64,000 bases of DNA from Mobula hypostoma (lineage: Eukaryota). The stretch is from NCBI RefSeq assembly GCF_963921235.1, contig NC_086108.1, forward strand, positions 60,328,001-60,392,000. The letters run 5' to 3'. Shown here one piece after another: positions 49,507 through 64,000 of this stretch. Within the stretch, counting starts at the first letter, position 1, and every line of letters begins with the position of its first letter. The translations under genes were made by a program, and so were the position numbers. The notes beneath the pieces were generated by a model. The model was not told the origin of the DNA. It made no database searches and was given only the letters and a program-made list of their open reading frames with translations.

Positions 49507-51020
49507 AATCAAAGCTTTCAAAGGTACATTAAATAGAAACCATAGAAAAACTACAGCACAGAAACAGGCCTTTTGGCCCTTCTTGGCTGTGCTGAACTAT
49601 TTTCTGCCTAGTCCCACTGACCTGCACATGGACCATATCCCTCCATACACCTCCCATCCATGTATCTGTCCAATTTATTCTTAAATGTTAAAAAAGAACC
49701 TGCATTTACCACTTCATCTGGCAGCTCATTCCATACTCCCACCACTCTCTGTGTGAAGAATCCCTCCCCCCCCCCCATGTTCCCTTTAAACTTTTCCCCC
49801 CTCACCCTTAACCCAGGTGCTCTGGGTTTTTTTCTCCCCTTGCCTCAGTGGAAAAAGCCTGCTTGCATTCACTCTATCTATACCCATCATAATTTTATAT
49901 ACCTCTATCAAATCTCCCCTCATTCTTCTACGCTCCAGGGAATAAAGTCCTAACCTATTCAACCTTTCTCTGTAACTGAGTTTCTCAAGTCCCGGCAACA
50001 TCCTTGTAAACCTTCTCTGCACTCTTTCAACCTTATTAATATCCTTCCTGTAATTTGGTGATAAAACTGAACACAATACTCCAGATTCGGCCTCACCAAT
50101 ACCTTATACAACCTCATCATAACATTCCAGTTCTTATACTCAATACTTTGAAGTCCCTCTGCAGGCTCTGAAAACCTTCCTCACTCTCCACTACACCTCC
50201 AATCTTTATATCATCAGCAGATTTGCTGATCCAATTTACCACAGGGGAATATATACAATATGTCAGAGCAATGTATACAATATACATCATGAAATGCTTT
50301 TTCTTTGCAGACATCCACAAAAAACAGAGAAGTGCCCCCAAAGAATGAATGAGTGGCAGTTAAATGTCAGAATCCCAAAGTCCCCCACCCTAGCTCCCCT
50401 CCCTCCCACCCGTAAGTGGCAGCAAGCAATGATCCCCCTCCCCCCACCAGCAAAAAAAAGCATCAGCACCCACCACCAAGCACTCAAGCATGCAGGAAAG
50501 ACACAGACTTGCAGTACTCCAAAGACTACTCGTTCACCCAGTATTTGACATAACACAGGCTCTCTCTCTCCTAATGAGAAAGAAAGGGATGTCTCTGTTT
50601 CACAGCGAGAGGGGAGACATAACAAACAACTGCTGGTATATGATGTTAAAAGTCCGTTGCATTACTTTTTCCGAGCTCTGTGCCCAAAGATCTCAGGTGT
50701 CCTGGCACACAGCCTTAGATTTTCCGACTCCCACGATGCACCGATCACCGATACCTCTGTCTCCAGAGCCATGAAATCTCAGACTTCTGAAGGTGAGCGA
50801 AGCTATTAGGCCACGCTCTTGGCATGCCGAGAAACGGCCAGTCGTGAAACCCCGAGAGCAGGTCCCATTCCCGCCAGGAACCATAGTGAGCGTGTAACTC
50901 CAGGTCAGGGTCTTCAAAAGAACCCTGAAAGGGAAAAATAGAGATATTAAAGATGGAAATAGAGCTGTTTCCGAAGATGCAAGCAAAGGAGTTGTCATTA
51001 GGTGCCATTAACCTCCTAAA
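49507..51020 (-). mobile_element. Family X retroposon copy 2, interrupted near its 3' end by CR1
   Basis: 50245-51020 is reverse-complement homologous to 18255-19040; detached tail tcaaagctttcaaaggtacattaa at ~49507-49532. Confidence 0.78.
49533..50243 (-). mobile_element. CR1 LINE 3' fragment with internal deletion
   Basis: ERVQRRFTRMLPGLE..RRRMRGDLIEVYKI; WISKSADDIKIGG; tail atagaaaccatagaaa. Confidence 0.85.
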
Positions 51021-51348
51021 CTCCTCCTCCTGTTTCAGTTTCCTGTTCCCAAAAATTTATAAATCTAATCTTAAACTGGCATATAATTTGTCCTCTTTCT
51101 CAACCCTAAATGGCTTTCCTGTTATCTTGAGAATACATTTCCAATTCTGAATTCTTAACGATGTACAAACATCAAGTTCTTGTTTCTCAACAACACTGAT
51201 GACACAAATCTATCCAAACATAAAAAAAGTCATTAGAAAGAACACAAAGATGCAAACATAGAAACATTTCTGCTCAGCCTTATTGCCTCCCTGCACGAGT
51301 ACAATCATCTTAGTTATAGTGATAATTGTGTGTGCATTGTCCTAATGA

Positions 51349-51486
<138 letters not shown>

Positions 51487-52283
51487 TAGTAACAGCTAAT
51501 AGTTCTAGTTAAGCTACGTTTTCTGCTGTGTAAATAACTTTTACAGTGATATCTGCTGTGGTTTCAGACTTTTCTTATAGCTATAATCCCAATAGCAAAC
51601 TGTTAATGATATCAAGGTCCTGCTGCGTGATAAGCATATATCATGTACTTAAGTGAGTTCAACATTCTCAAATCAGATACTCAAGAATCATGACTGAAAG
51701 ATTCCCAAGTTCGTTGTGATATAATGAAAAGAGTAATGGTTAAGATGAGACTTTGTCCTCCATTGAGGGTCGGAGGCTGTTGACTGCCTTTTGCCCTTGT
51801 GCGATGTCTCCAGTAAGTGAGTGGAGAAACTTACACCTGGCTTGACCAAGACATCCATTCACAGTATTTGAAATAATCAGCCATTTGAATCACTGACTCC
51901 TCTCTATTTTATGAAGTAGTAAAAATTGGCTTATTTTATTTATAACCTTTACACACCCTGTTAATTGCCAGTAATATTTAAGGTCCTAATCAATAAATGT
52001 TTAATGCGTCAACCTTCCTTTTTATCTCAGTGGCCTGGATTTTAAACAAATTGAATTTAACAGATTGAATTCAATTTTGTTCAGCAACAATAAGATTTCA
52101 TAACTATTTTAACTTCCCACCAGATTTCAATAATGAGTCAATGTCTGCACTTTAATATTTTAGAAGTATTTTCTGAAATTTCAACGTATTTAGAAATAAA
52201 TCACATTAGAGTTATTCCTGATCTTGAAATAAGGAATCTGTGTCTATTTCACAAAATCATGATGCAGTGCACTGGTATTTTTA

Positions 52284-52703
52284 TACTCGTTGGAATTTAG
52301 AAGATTGAGGGGGGATCTGATTGAAACGTATAAAATCCTAAAGGGATTGGACAGGCTAGATGCAGGAAGATTGTTCCCGATGTTGGGGAAGTCCAGAACG
52401 AGGGGTCACAGTTTGAGGATAAAGGGGAAGCCTTTTAGGACGGAGATTAGGAAAAACTTCTTCACACAGAGAGTGGTGAATCTGTGGAATTCTCTGCCAC
52501 AGGAAACAGTTGAGGCCAGTTCATTGGCTATATTTAAGAGGGAGTTAGATATGGCCCTTGTGGCTAAAGGGATCAGGGGGTATGGAGGGAAGGCTGGTAC
52601 AGGGTTCTGAGTTGGATGATCAGCCATGATCATACTGAATGGCGGTGCAGGCTCGAAGGGCCGAATGGCCTACTCCTGCACCTATTTTCTATGTTTCTAT
52701 GTT
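52284..52703 (+). mobile_element. Young CR1 3' end, same subfamily as 4861-6948
   Basis: EFRRLRGDLIETYKILKGLDRLDAGRLFPMLG near-identical to the 662-aa ORF; ttttctatgtttctatgt tail. Confidence 0.92.
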
Positions 52704-53349
52704 TTATTCCTGGAGTCAAAATTGTGGAAAATGTAGATGGAGCAAGCTCTATCACCTAGCTATATTTAAGCACAGATACCTTGTTCTCTCTGTATTGGTG
52801 AGTTCATCTAACAATCGTATTGGATAGGAGAGTCCTATAAAACAATGTACCATATCTCAGACAGACTGGAACATTCAGTTTGTCTGCTTAAATGGTTGAC
52901 GTTAATAATTTGTGTTTTGCCTGGCAAATAAATGGGATATTTGTATCTCTCCTCCGGTATAATCTATGCAGTTGAAGATGTTGCATTAAAGAATGGAGGA
53001 ATGTGCTCTTAAGTTTAAAAGCTTTGCACATTGTTAGCACATATCCACTGAGATTCAGATCCAGGTTTGGCAAGCTTGGCTACAAGAGAAGAAAATGCTT
53101 CATAGTCATCTAACACAGTTCAGTTTCAAAATTTCATGTTGACTTATTAAAATATAAGCCATAAAATATCACAGCATCACAGTGGAGCACTTGGTACTCA
53201 AGTCTGCCTCGTGATTGTCTTCACGTGAGCTGCAGTGCTGAATTCTGCTGTCCTGATTCTCCTTGTTGTTCAAGGCACCATCTAATTCCCCTTTAAAAAT
53301 ACTTCAATCAACAATGATGTGTGATGGAGAATTTCACATTCTAATCACT

Positions 53350-55838
53350 ACCAGTACAAGTAGCTGGGATGTGGACCACAGATTACAGTGGGAAATAGAA
53401 AAGACGTGTCAAACTGGCAAAGTTATGATAGTCATGGGAGAGTTCAACATGCAGGTAAATTGGGAAAATTAGGTTGGTAATGGATCTCAAGAGAGTGGGT
53501 TTCTTGAATGCCTACAAGATGGCTTTTTGGAGCAGTTTGTCAATGAGCCTACTAGGGGATCAGCTAAACTAGTTTGGGTGTTATGTAATGAACAGAAGGT
53601 GATTAGGGAGATTATGGTGAGAGAACCCTTAGGAGGCACTGATTACAATATGACTGAGTTCAACTTGAAATTTGATAGGGAGAAAGTAAAGTCTGACATA
53701 GCAGTATTTCAGTATAGTAAGGGAAATTACAGTGGTATGAGAGAGGAGTTGGCCAAAGTAAATGGGAAGGTGATGTTGGCAGGGATGACAGCAGGGCAGA
53801 AGTGGTGTGTGTTTCTGGGAAAAATGACAAAGATGTAGGATAGATGTATTCCAAAAACGAAGAAATACTCAAATGGCAAAATAGTACAACCTTCACTGAC
53901 AAGGAAAGTCAAAGTTAACAAAAAGCTAAAGAGAGGGCATACAACAAAGCAATAATTAGTGGGAAGACAGGGAATTGGTGAACTTCTAATACCCTACAGA
54001 GAGCAACTAAAAGAATCATTAGGAGGGAAAAATTAAATATGAAAGCAAGCTAGCAAACAATATCAAAGTGGATAGTAAAAGCTTTCTTGAGTATATAAAA
54101 AAATAAAAGAGAGATGAGAGTGGATAAGAACCACTAGAAAAGGAAGCCGGAGAATTAATAATGGCAGGCAAGGAAATGACAGATGAACTAAATGAGTATT
54201 TTGCATCAGTCTGCACGGTGGAAGACACTAGCAGTATGCCAAATGTTGAAGGGTGTGAGGGAAGAGAAGTGAGAGCAGTTACTATTACAAGAGAAGGTGC
54301 TCAAAAAGCTAAAAGACCTAAGGGTACATAAGTCACCCGGACAAGATTAGCTCCACCCTAGGGTTCTGAAAGAGGTAGCGGTAGAGATTGTGGTGGCATT
54401 AGTAATGATATTTCAAAAATCATTGGACTCTGGCATGGTTCCGGAGGACTGTAAAATTGCAAATGTCACTCCACTCTTTAAGAAAGGAGGAAGGCAGCAG
54501 AAAGAAAATTATTGACCAGTTAGCCTGACCTCAGTGGTTGGAAAGATGTTGGAGTCAATTGTTAAGAGTGAGTTGTGGAGTACTTGGTGACACAGGACAA
54601 GATAGGACAAAGTCAATATGGTTTCCTTAAGGGAAAATCTTGCCTGATGAACCTGTTGGAATTCTTTGAGGAGATCACATGTAGGATAGATAAAGGGGAT
54701 GCAGTGGATGTTGTATATTTGAACTTTCAGAAGGCCTTTGACAAGGTGTCACACATGAGGCTGCTTAACAAGTTAAAAGGGCATGGTATTACAGGAAGGT
54801 TACTGGCATGTTTAGAACATTGGCTGGTTGGTAGGAGGCAGTGAATGGGAATAAAAGGATCCTTTTCTGGTTGGCTGTCAGTGGCTAGTGGTATTCCACA
54901 GGGGTTGGTGTTGGGACCGCTTCTTTTTATGCTAAATTTCAAATTTAGGTGATGGAATAGATGGCTTTGTTTCCAGCTTTGCAGGTGTTACGGAGATTGG
55001 TGGAGGGACAGGTAGTGTTGAGGAAACAGGAAGGCTGCAGACGAACTTAGACAGATTAGGAAAATGGGCAAGAAAGTGGCAAATGAAATACAATGTTGAA
55101 GAAATAATTGTGCAGGCTGTTTTCTAAATGGGGAGAAAAATCCAAAGATCTGAGATTCAAAAGGGCTTGGGAGTCCTTGTGTAGAACACCCTAAAGTTTA
55201 ACTTGCAGGTAGCGTTGATGGTGAGGAAGGTAAATGCAATGTTAGCATTCATTTCAAGAGGTCTAGAAAACTAGATCCGGGATGTGATGCTGAGGCTTTA
55301 TAAGGCACTGGTGAGGCTTCACCTTGTGTATTGTGAACAATTTGGACCCTTCATCTAAGAAAAGATGTGCTGGCATTGGAGAGGGTTCAGAAGGATGATT
55401 CCAGGAATGAAAGGGTTAACATATGAGGAATTGTTGATGGCTCTGAGTCTGTACTCATTGGAATTTAGAAGGATGGGGGTGATCTCATTGAACCCTTTCA
55501 AATGTTGAAAGGCCTAGACAGAGTAGGTGGGGAAAGTATGTTTCCTCTGGTGGAGGAGTCTAGGACAAGAGGGAAAAGCCTCTGGATAGAAGGGCATCCA
55601 TTTAAAACAGATGTGGAGAAATTTCTTTAACCAGAGGGTGGTGAAATTGTGGAATTTATTACCACAGGCAGCTGCGGAGGCCAGGTATATTTAAGGGAAA
55701 GCTTGATAGGTTCTTGATTGGACACGGCATCAAATGTTACAGGGATAAGGCTGAGGAGGGAAAAAAATGATCAGCCATGATTGAATGGCAGAGCAGAATC
55801 GATGGGCCAAATGGCCTAATTCTGCTCCTATGGTCTGA
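53350..55838 (+). mobile_element. Decayed CR1 LINE (APE-RT-3' UTR)
   Basis: MGEFN, EQFVNEPTRG, GFLKGKSCLMNLLEFFE, YLNFQKAFDKV; many stops and frameshifts. Confidence 0.88.
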
Positions 55839-56759
55839 GTAACATTTTCCTAATCACCTTTTTAATTCTATTTTGGATCATTTTAAATCCCCTTAGCATC
55901 ATGACACTGCCTGCCAAGTATTTATTGAAATATAATTTTTTTTGCTTTCATCTGGCCACCCAAATGCTTTTCAGCTATGGTCAAACAAAGCAATCTTAAG
56001 TTTGTCACTGCAACTATTTCTCCCTCTTAATTTTGAATCAAACAGTACTTACCTTTGTCTTGGTTTTATATCCTTGTTATTGGGTGCTGTCAAAGACTGC
56101 ATGGTAACTAACATCCAAAATAGCAGGTCATTCTGGTGGGATAAATTCAGAATTTGTTACAGTAATCCAAAGGGCACAGTTATGTGTATCCAGCAAGTCA
56201 CTGACACTTATTTCACCAACATTCAACTGAGGAGAAAAATAAACAAAACCGACAGATTCACAGAAGCTGGATTCTGCCCTAAGGCATTCTGTACTCTAGT
56301 CATAAAAATGTAAACACAGGGAAATGTGCATTAGTAGCTTTTAAATTATGCAATCATGCAAATTCAAGTGCTTTGGCAGTCAGCTGTTCCTCTTTTTTAA
56401 AAAAAAATCCATTGCAGCATAGAAGGGGCTCCGAGATGAACTGAACAGCTAGTGAACCTGTTGCTTTCTTCAAAACTTTCTGACGGCTTCCTTCAGTTTC
56501 CACCCTGCTCTAGTCCTTTCTCCTGTGCCACAGCTATATTTCTACAAATAGTTAAGTGCATATTCCATAGCACTGCTATTCTGTCAGCTCTTGGAGAGGC
56601 ATTCTAAAGCTTAAAGAGTAGTACAAACACCAAAGACAGCTTGTGCAGGTATCCAAATCTGTCTTGAAGTATCTGTGCTACTTACAGCCAAAATATTGGA
56701 GCAGGATTGGGCCACTTGGCTTCTCAAGCCTGCCCTGCCATTCAATATGATTATGGCCT

Positions 56760-57396
56760 GGACTGGTCTATATGGAAACACCAATGCCCAGGAAAGGTAA
56801 AGGCTACAGAAAGTGCTGGATACAGCTCAGCCTATCAGTGGCAAAGCCCTCCCCACCACTAAGTACATTTACATTGAGTGCCACCACAAAAAAGCAGCAT
56901 CCATTGTCAAAGATGCCCACCAGCCAGGCCGTGCTTTCTTCTTACTACTATCAGTGGATAGGAGGAACAGAAACCTTAGGTTCAGGAACATTTATTACCC
57001 TACAATCACCAGGCCCCTGAACTGGCATGGCCAACTTGATTCACTTCTACCCTAAACTGATTCTATGACCTAAAGGTTCATTTTCAAAAATTCCTTTCAA
57101 CTTGTGTTCTCAGTATTATGTTTTATTCACACAGTTTGTCTTCAAAATTCAAAGAAAATTTATTATCAAGGTACGTATATGTCATCATATAGGACCCTGA
57201 GATTCCTTTTCTTCCAGGCATTCACAGTAGAACAGCACAACTTCTTTCGCACGTCGGTTGTTTGTCAATTTTTGTCTGCTTATATATAATTTTTCATAAA
57301 ATTATTTTTACCTTAAAATACCTGTAAGAAAATCTATCTCAGGGTAGTATATGGTAACATATACCTTCTGTGATAATAAAGTTACTTTGAAATTTG
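56760..57396 (+). mobile_element. Rex1/Babar-like LINE 3' fragment
   Basis: KKAASIVKDAHQPG motif; tail gataataaagttactttgaaatttg. Confidence 0.7.
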
Positions 57397-57422
57397 GCCA
57401 CAACTCCTTCTCTGTGCCAGAT

Positions 57423-58277
<855 letters not shown>

Positions 58278-58279
58278 TA

Positions 58280-58885
58280 CCGATAGGCTGGTCCTGGACT
58301 TATTTCACAATTTACTGGCATAATTTACATATTACTATTTAACTATTTATGGTTCTATTACTATTTTTATTTATGGTGCAACTGTAACGAAAACCAATTC
58401 CCCCGGGATCAATAAAATATGACTATGACTATGACATGGAGTGCTGTTGCAGGAAAGCAGAATTCATCATCAAAAGCAGACCCCCACCAGCCAGGCGATG
58501 CTCTCTTCCCACTGCTGCCATCAGGAAGAAGGTACTAGAGCTTCAGGACCAACACCACCAGACTCAGCAACAGTTATTACCCATCAATCATCAAGCTCTT
58601 CAACCAGCGGGGATATCTTCACTGAACTGTTCCCACAACCTATGCACTCACTTTCAAGGACACTTCATCTCATGTTCTCCATATTTATTGTTTAATTATT
58701 TATTGTTATTTTTTGTACTTGCACAGTTTGTTTTATTTTGCATGTTGGTTGTTTGTCCGTCCCATTGGGTGTGGTCTTTCATTGATTCTATTGTGTTTCT
58801 TGTATTTACTTTGATGACCTGCAAGAAAATGAATCTCAGGGTTGTATATGTACTTTGATAATAAATACTTAGATCTTTGAAATTT
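58280..58885 (+). mobile_element. Two Rex1/Babar-like 3' ends (58280-58435 with (tatgac)n tail; 58436-58885)
   Basis: ggctggtcctggacttattt..gggatcaataaa; gaatctcagggttgtatatgtactttgataataaa. Confidence 0.65.
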
Positions 58886-59299
58886 TAAGCCTTCTTTTGA
58901 AAGTCCCAGTTAAAAATCATTTGTTACCCTCAATGAGCATAAGTGGGGATTGTGGCTGTATCTTGGAAAACATACACTCAGGTGTGAAATCATTTATTGA
59001 TGGAATGCACTTAAATATTTTCTGGACGGTCTCTCTGCCAATACATAGTGAGTTATCACATGTAATGACATAAGCATAGATGCACAATAGGAAATATAAT
59101 GTTCTTGTCCGTAGTTTCCAAGTTAGATCATCTAATTATCAGTATTTATCTATACAACTTATCATTTTTAAAACTCACTGAAGTAACTCTTTGAAAGTCA
59201 AAAGATTATGAAATACTAAATTGTTGGTTAATAAAAGGTTTCTGGGTAATAAACTATTGTCAGGTTCAGTAATTTTCCTGATCTCGGTTGTTTTGTAGA

Positions 59300-61843
59300 C
59301 AGGACAAGTCATGGAGGGATGGTCTACTGAGTCAGTGTGAGTGGAAGTCAGAAACAGGAAAGGGGCAATAACTCTACTAGTTCTTTTTTTATAAACTCCC
59401 CAATAGTAACAAGGATATCGAGGAACAGATAGGGAGGCAGATTCTGGAATGGTGCAATAATAATAGGGTTGTTGTGATGTGAGATTTTAATTTTCTTAAT
59501 ATCGATTGGCAAGGAGTTTAGATAGGGTAGAGTTTGTTAGGTGTGTTCAGGAAGGTTTCCTGATGCCATTTGTAGATAACCCAACTAGAGAAGAGGCTGT
59601 ACTTGATCTGATACTGGGAAATGAACCTGGTCAGGTGTCAGATCTGTTGGTGGGAGAGCATTTTGGAGGTAGTGTCCACAACTCTGTCTCCTTCACCATA
59701 GTGCTGGAGAGGGATAGGAGCAGACAATTTGGGAAAACATTTAATTGGGGTAGGGGGAAATATGCTATTAGGCAGGAACTTGGGAACATAAATTGGGAGC
59801 AGAAGTTCTCAGGGAAGTGTACGGCAGAAATGTGGCAAAATGTTCAGAAAATATTTGCATAGAGTTCTGCATAGGTATGTTCCATTGAGGCAGAGAAAGG
59901 ATGGTAGGGTTAAAGAACCATGGTGTACAAAGGATGTAGAAAATCTAGTTAAGAAAAGCTTACAAAAGTTTCAAGAAAGTAGATACTGTTAGAGGCCATG
60001 AGAAGGCCTTGGTGAGCAGGATTAAGGAAAACGCCAAGACATTCTACAACTATGTGAAGACCAAGAGGATGAGCCATGAGAGAATATGACTACTCAGGTA
60101 CGATAGTGGAAATGTGCATTGAGTCGGAGGAGGAAGCAGAGGTACTTAATGAATACTTTGCTTCAGTATTCAGCAGGGAAGAAGACCTTGGCAATTATGG
60201 GGATGACTTACAGCGGACTGAAACACTTGAACATATAGACATTAAGAAAGAGGATGTGCTGCAGCTCTTGGAAAGCATCAAGTTGGTTAAGTCACCAGGA
60301 CCGGACGAGATATAACCCAGGTTACTGTGGGAGGCGAGGCAGGGGATTGCTGGGCCTCTGGCGATGATCTTTGTGTCATGAATAGGGATGGGAGAAGTAC
60401 CAAAAGATTGGAAGGTTGCGGATGTTGTTCCCTTGTTCAAGAAAGGAGTAGAAATAACACAGGAAATTATAGACCAGCGAGTCTGACTTCAGCGGTGGGC
60501 GATTTGTTGGCGAGAATCCTGAGAGGCAGGATTTATGAGCATTTGGAGAGACATAATCTGATTAGGGATAGTCAGCATGGCTTTGTCAAGGGCAGGTCGT
60601 GCCTTATGAGCCTGATTGAATTCTTTGAAGATGTAACAAAACACATTGATGAAGGTAGACAGTGGATGTAGTGTATATGCATTTCAGTAAGGCATTAGAT
60701 AAGGTTCCCCATGCAAAGCTCCTTCAGAAAGTAAGGAGGCATGGGATCCAAGGAGACCTTGCTTTGTGGATCCTGAATTGGCTTGACCACAGAAGGCAAA
60801 GGGTGGTTGTAGATGGTTTGTATTCTGCGCGGAGGTCAATGACCAGTGGTGTACCTCAGGGATCTGTTCTGGGACCCTCCTCTTTGTGATTTTTATAAAT
60901 GACCTAGATGAAGAAGGGTGCGTTAGTAAGTTTGCTGATGACTCAGAGGTTGGGGTGTTGTGGATAGTCTGGAGGTTTGTCAGAGGTTGCAGCAGGACAT
61001 CGATAGGATACAGAACTGGGCTGAGAAGTGGGAGATGGAGTTCAACACAGATAAGTGTGAAGTGGTTCATTTTGGTCGGTCAAATTTGAAGACGGAATAT
61101 AAGATTAATGGTAACATTATCTTGGCAGTGTGGAGGATCTGAGAGGTTTTGGGGGCCCGTGTCCATAGGACCCTCAAAACTGTTTCTCAGGTTGACAGTG
61201 TTATTCGGAAGGTGTATGGTGTGTTGGCATTCATCAACCATGGGACTGAGTTCAAGAGCCGTGAGGTAATGTTACAGCTATATAAGACCTTGGTCAGACC
61301 CCACTTAGAGTACTGTGTTCAGTTCTGGTCACCTCACTACAGGAAGGATGTGGATACTATAGAGAGAGTGCAGAGGAGATTTACAAGGATGTTGCCTGGA
61401 TTGGAGGGCATACCTTATGAGAATAGGTTGAGTGAATTTGGCTTTTCTCCTTGGAGTGATGGAGGACGAGAGGTGACCTGATAGAGGTGTATAAGATGAT
61501 GAAGGGCATTGATCGTGTGGATAGCCAGAGACTTTTTCCCAGGGCTAAAATGGTTAACACGAGGAGACATCATTTTAAGATACTTGGAACTAGGTACCGA
61601 GGGGATGTCAGGGATAAGTTTTTCACGCAGAGAATGGTGGGTGCATGGAATGCGTGCTGGTAGTGGTGGTGGAAGAGAATTCAATAGGGTCTTTTAAAAG
61701 CCTCTTAGATAGGTACATGGAGCTTAGAAAAATGGAGGGCTATGCGATAGGGAAATTCTAAGCAGTTTCTAGAGTAGGTTACATGGTCAGCACAACATTG
61801 TGGGCCGATGGGCCTGTAATGTGCTGTAGATTTCTATGTTCTG
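59300..61843 (+). mobile_element. Decayed CR1 LINE, most of ORF2
   Basis: PTREEAVLDLILGNE, NYRPASLTS, SGVPQGSVLGP, KFADD, LVRPHLEYCVQFW. Confidence 0.9.
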
Positions 61844-62065
61844 CGAAAGTTTATCCTGTTATAGTGTATCTACTCTTAAGGATAAGACTCAAGCACAGAT
61901 TGGGAAAGATATTTCCTAATTGACAAATGATAAATTTAAAAATTTTGAGTATGTATTTTTCTTTTCATTTTAGGTGTAAAATTTCGCTGCTACTGTGTTC
62001 ACTATTAAAGAGTAGTCTCTTTACATCACTGTTCCTCTGCAGAAAAGCTCAAACAAATTCATATT

Positions 62066-63018
62066 TGTGCGCATGCAGCCTGTTACAGCCGTTCTGATCA
62101 CTATTCTTACTTTTTTCTTCTTACTTTTTAACTTACGCTATTTTTGGTATTTTTTTTCCCATGGTAACATGTTGAAACTGCACCCTCTCTAACATGCTGG
62201 TAGAGAGAGTTTTATTTGGGTTTTTAGCACTGGAAATAGTTACATCCCAACACGCGGGACAGAAGCATGGTTGCATCGTGTATTCCAGGGACCAGCTGCT
62301 TGTGCTTATGCCCGCCAGTTTAGTGAGCAGAACGGCGGACACCCCTGCTGAAATCTGGAGGAAAACACACAGAGGATGCAGAGGGGGATCACAAAGTCGG
62401 GAAAGAGGACCGGGTCGAGACAACAGAGACTTATGGAGAAGAGGAGTTCAGTGGGTAATAAAATGGACGAGTTCACAGCGCTAGCCTGGCGTCAGAGAAC
62501 ATTTTGGGAGTGCAGTGTGATGTGTTTCACTGGAATGGGGCTGCACAAAGACATACCCGATCAAAACTTTTCCATGGATGGCTTCCAGACCGCTCGGGCT
62601 GACCGGAAGTGCACTGAGAGCAGTAAGCATAAAGGAGTTGGGTGCTTACTGTTCTGGTTAACAGCAGATGGTGCAATCCGGGTCATATTACGATTGAGGA
62701 ACATGTTTGTAGACTGGATATTGAACTTTTTACTGTTGGACTTCAGCCATATTCCACTGAGATACAACACTGGGCGGCATGGGAGGTCGTTCCTGCCTGT
62801 GGCCATCGAACTTGCAGCTCCACCCATGGAGGGTCAGACACCCTGAGCTAATAGACTAGTCCTGGACTTATTTTCCATCTGCATAGTTTGCATTTTGTTG
62901 TTTGATTGTTTGTGGTTTTCGTATTGCTATATTTATGCTGTATTCTTGGTTGGTGCGGCTGTAAAGAAACACAATTTCCCTCGGGATCAATAAAGTATAT
63001 CTATCTATCTATCTATCT
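62066..63018 (+). mobile_element. Non-autonomous bipartite Rex1/Babar-derived LINE, near full-length copy
   Basis: 5' leader, APE N-terminus, same fusion junction as 14103-14813, gggatcaataaag + (tatc)n tail. Confidence 0.8.
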
Positions 63019-63188
63019 GTTTCCTTGGTACAATTCCAAACTGCTGTATGTTGCCTACTCAAGGAAAGCATAATTATAACTACTGCTTAAGAGCACTTAG
63101 CAGAGATTTTTTTTTGTTCCATGTCATTTGAAAATCATAATTGCAAACAAGCCTGAGGGTCATTTAAGGCTCCATTAATATGTTGTAG

Positions 63189-63380
<192 letters not shown>

Positions 63381-64000
63381 TGAGTTTCATGTAAACCTTG
63401 TCTCTGCTGTTCCTTCACTTGCCCAGGCTTTGAGGTTGTCATACAAAAAAAACATCAGAATGAATTTTCAGGAATTCTTTTGGCCTGCACCCAGTTATTG
63501 GATGGTGAGTGAGTTTGGCGACAGAGTATTTTCAAGTACAATATTATCCCTTGTGAACCATACCAACATTATTCCATTGATGTTCAAACAATTCTGTACT
63601 TCTAAAACAATCGTTTTGAGAGCTACAGATGAACTATACCATGTTTTTAACATTACAATGTCTTTTTATCTATGTTATTTTATTTCAAAATACAGTCTTT
63701 CAAATTATTCTATGTAAAAGACCCAAAGGAACTATATGGAAGAAGAGTAGGAAAATTATCCAAAGAAATTATCCAATGAAGAATGATGGATTTGCTTTTA
63801 AACCACTATTTGAAGGGATGGGCACAGCATAGTTTGGCAGCCATGTACCATGCTCAGTGGGATCCTCTGCCCCAGATACTCAGTTATTAGATACGCCTAA
63901 CAATGAGGATGATAGATTTTGTACATCAAAATACTCAATAGATTGTCAAGCCAGTTTATGTTGCATTGAAGACGTGCTGTATAGTAATTTAGCTACCTGA

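Noticed and set aside
49533..51020. Apparent chimeric family X-CR1 retroposon
   Set aside because: Family X's own tail lies on the far side of the CR1 (~49507-49532), so this is a simple nested insertion.

Overview
Vertebrate genomic DNA, most likely a cartilaginous fish such as a ray or shark (inferred from the CR1/HER1-type LINEs, V-SINE/Deu-SINE-like repeats and Penelope-type palindromes). The window lies inside one + strand cytochrome P450 family-4 gene (CYP4B1/CYP4T-like). Seven GT-AG coding exons (exons 2-8; 145, 45, 128, 128, 152, 107 and 191 bp) splice into one open frame that includes the I-helix signature [13 protein letters not shown]. Exon 1 and exons 9 onward were not found in the window. 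The introns are packed with transposable elements. At 1.3-12.2 kb there is a five-layer nest: old CR1 > Tc1 remnant > Sleeping-Beauty-like Tc1 with two right ends > Gmr1-like SCAN-gag LTR element > young CR1 with an intact RT ORF. Other elements include a Sushi/chromovirus LTR element, Rex1/Babar, RTE and CR1 LINEs, Tigger, Harbinger and 6-bp-TSD hAT-like non-autonomous transposons, and two multi-copy non-autonomous LINE derivatives. The most notable element is a family of palindromic Penelope-type insertions. The best copy (23977-24209) is a perfect 99-bp inverted repeat with a 12-bp TSD, and it carries an intact minimal hammerhead-ribozyme motif on the sense strand of the CYP4 intron. Repeat-family names come from motif recognition only, and boundaries of old repeats are approximate.
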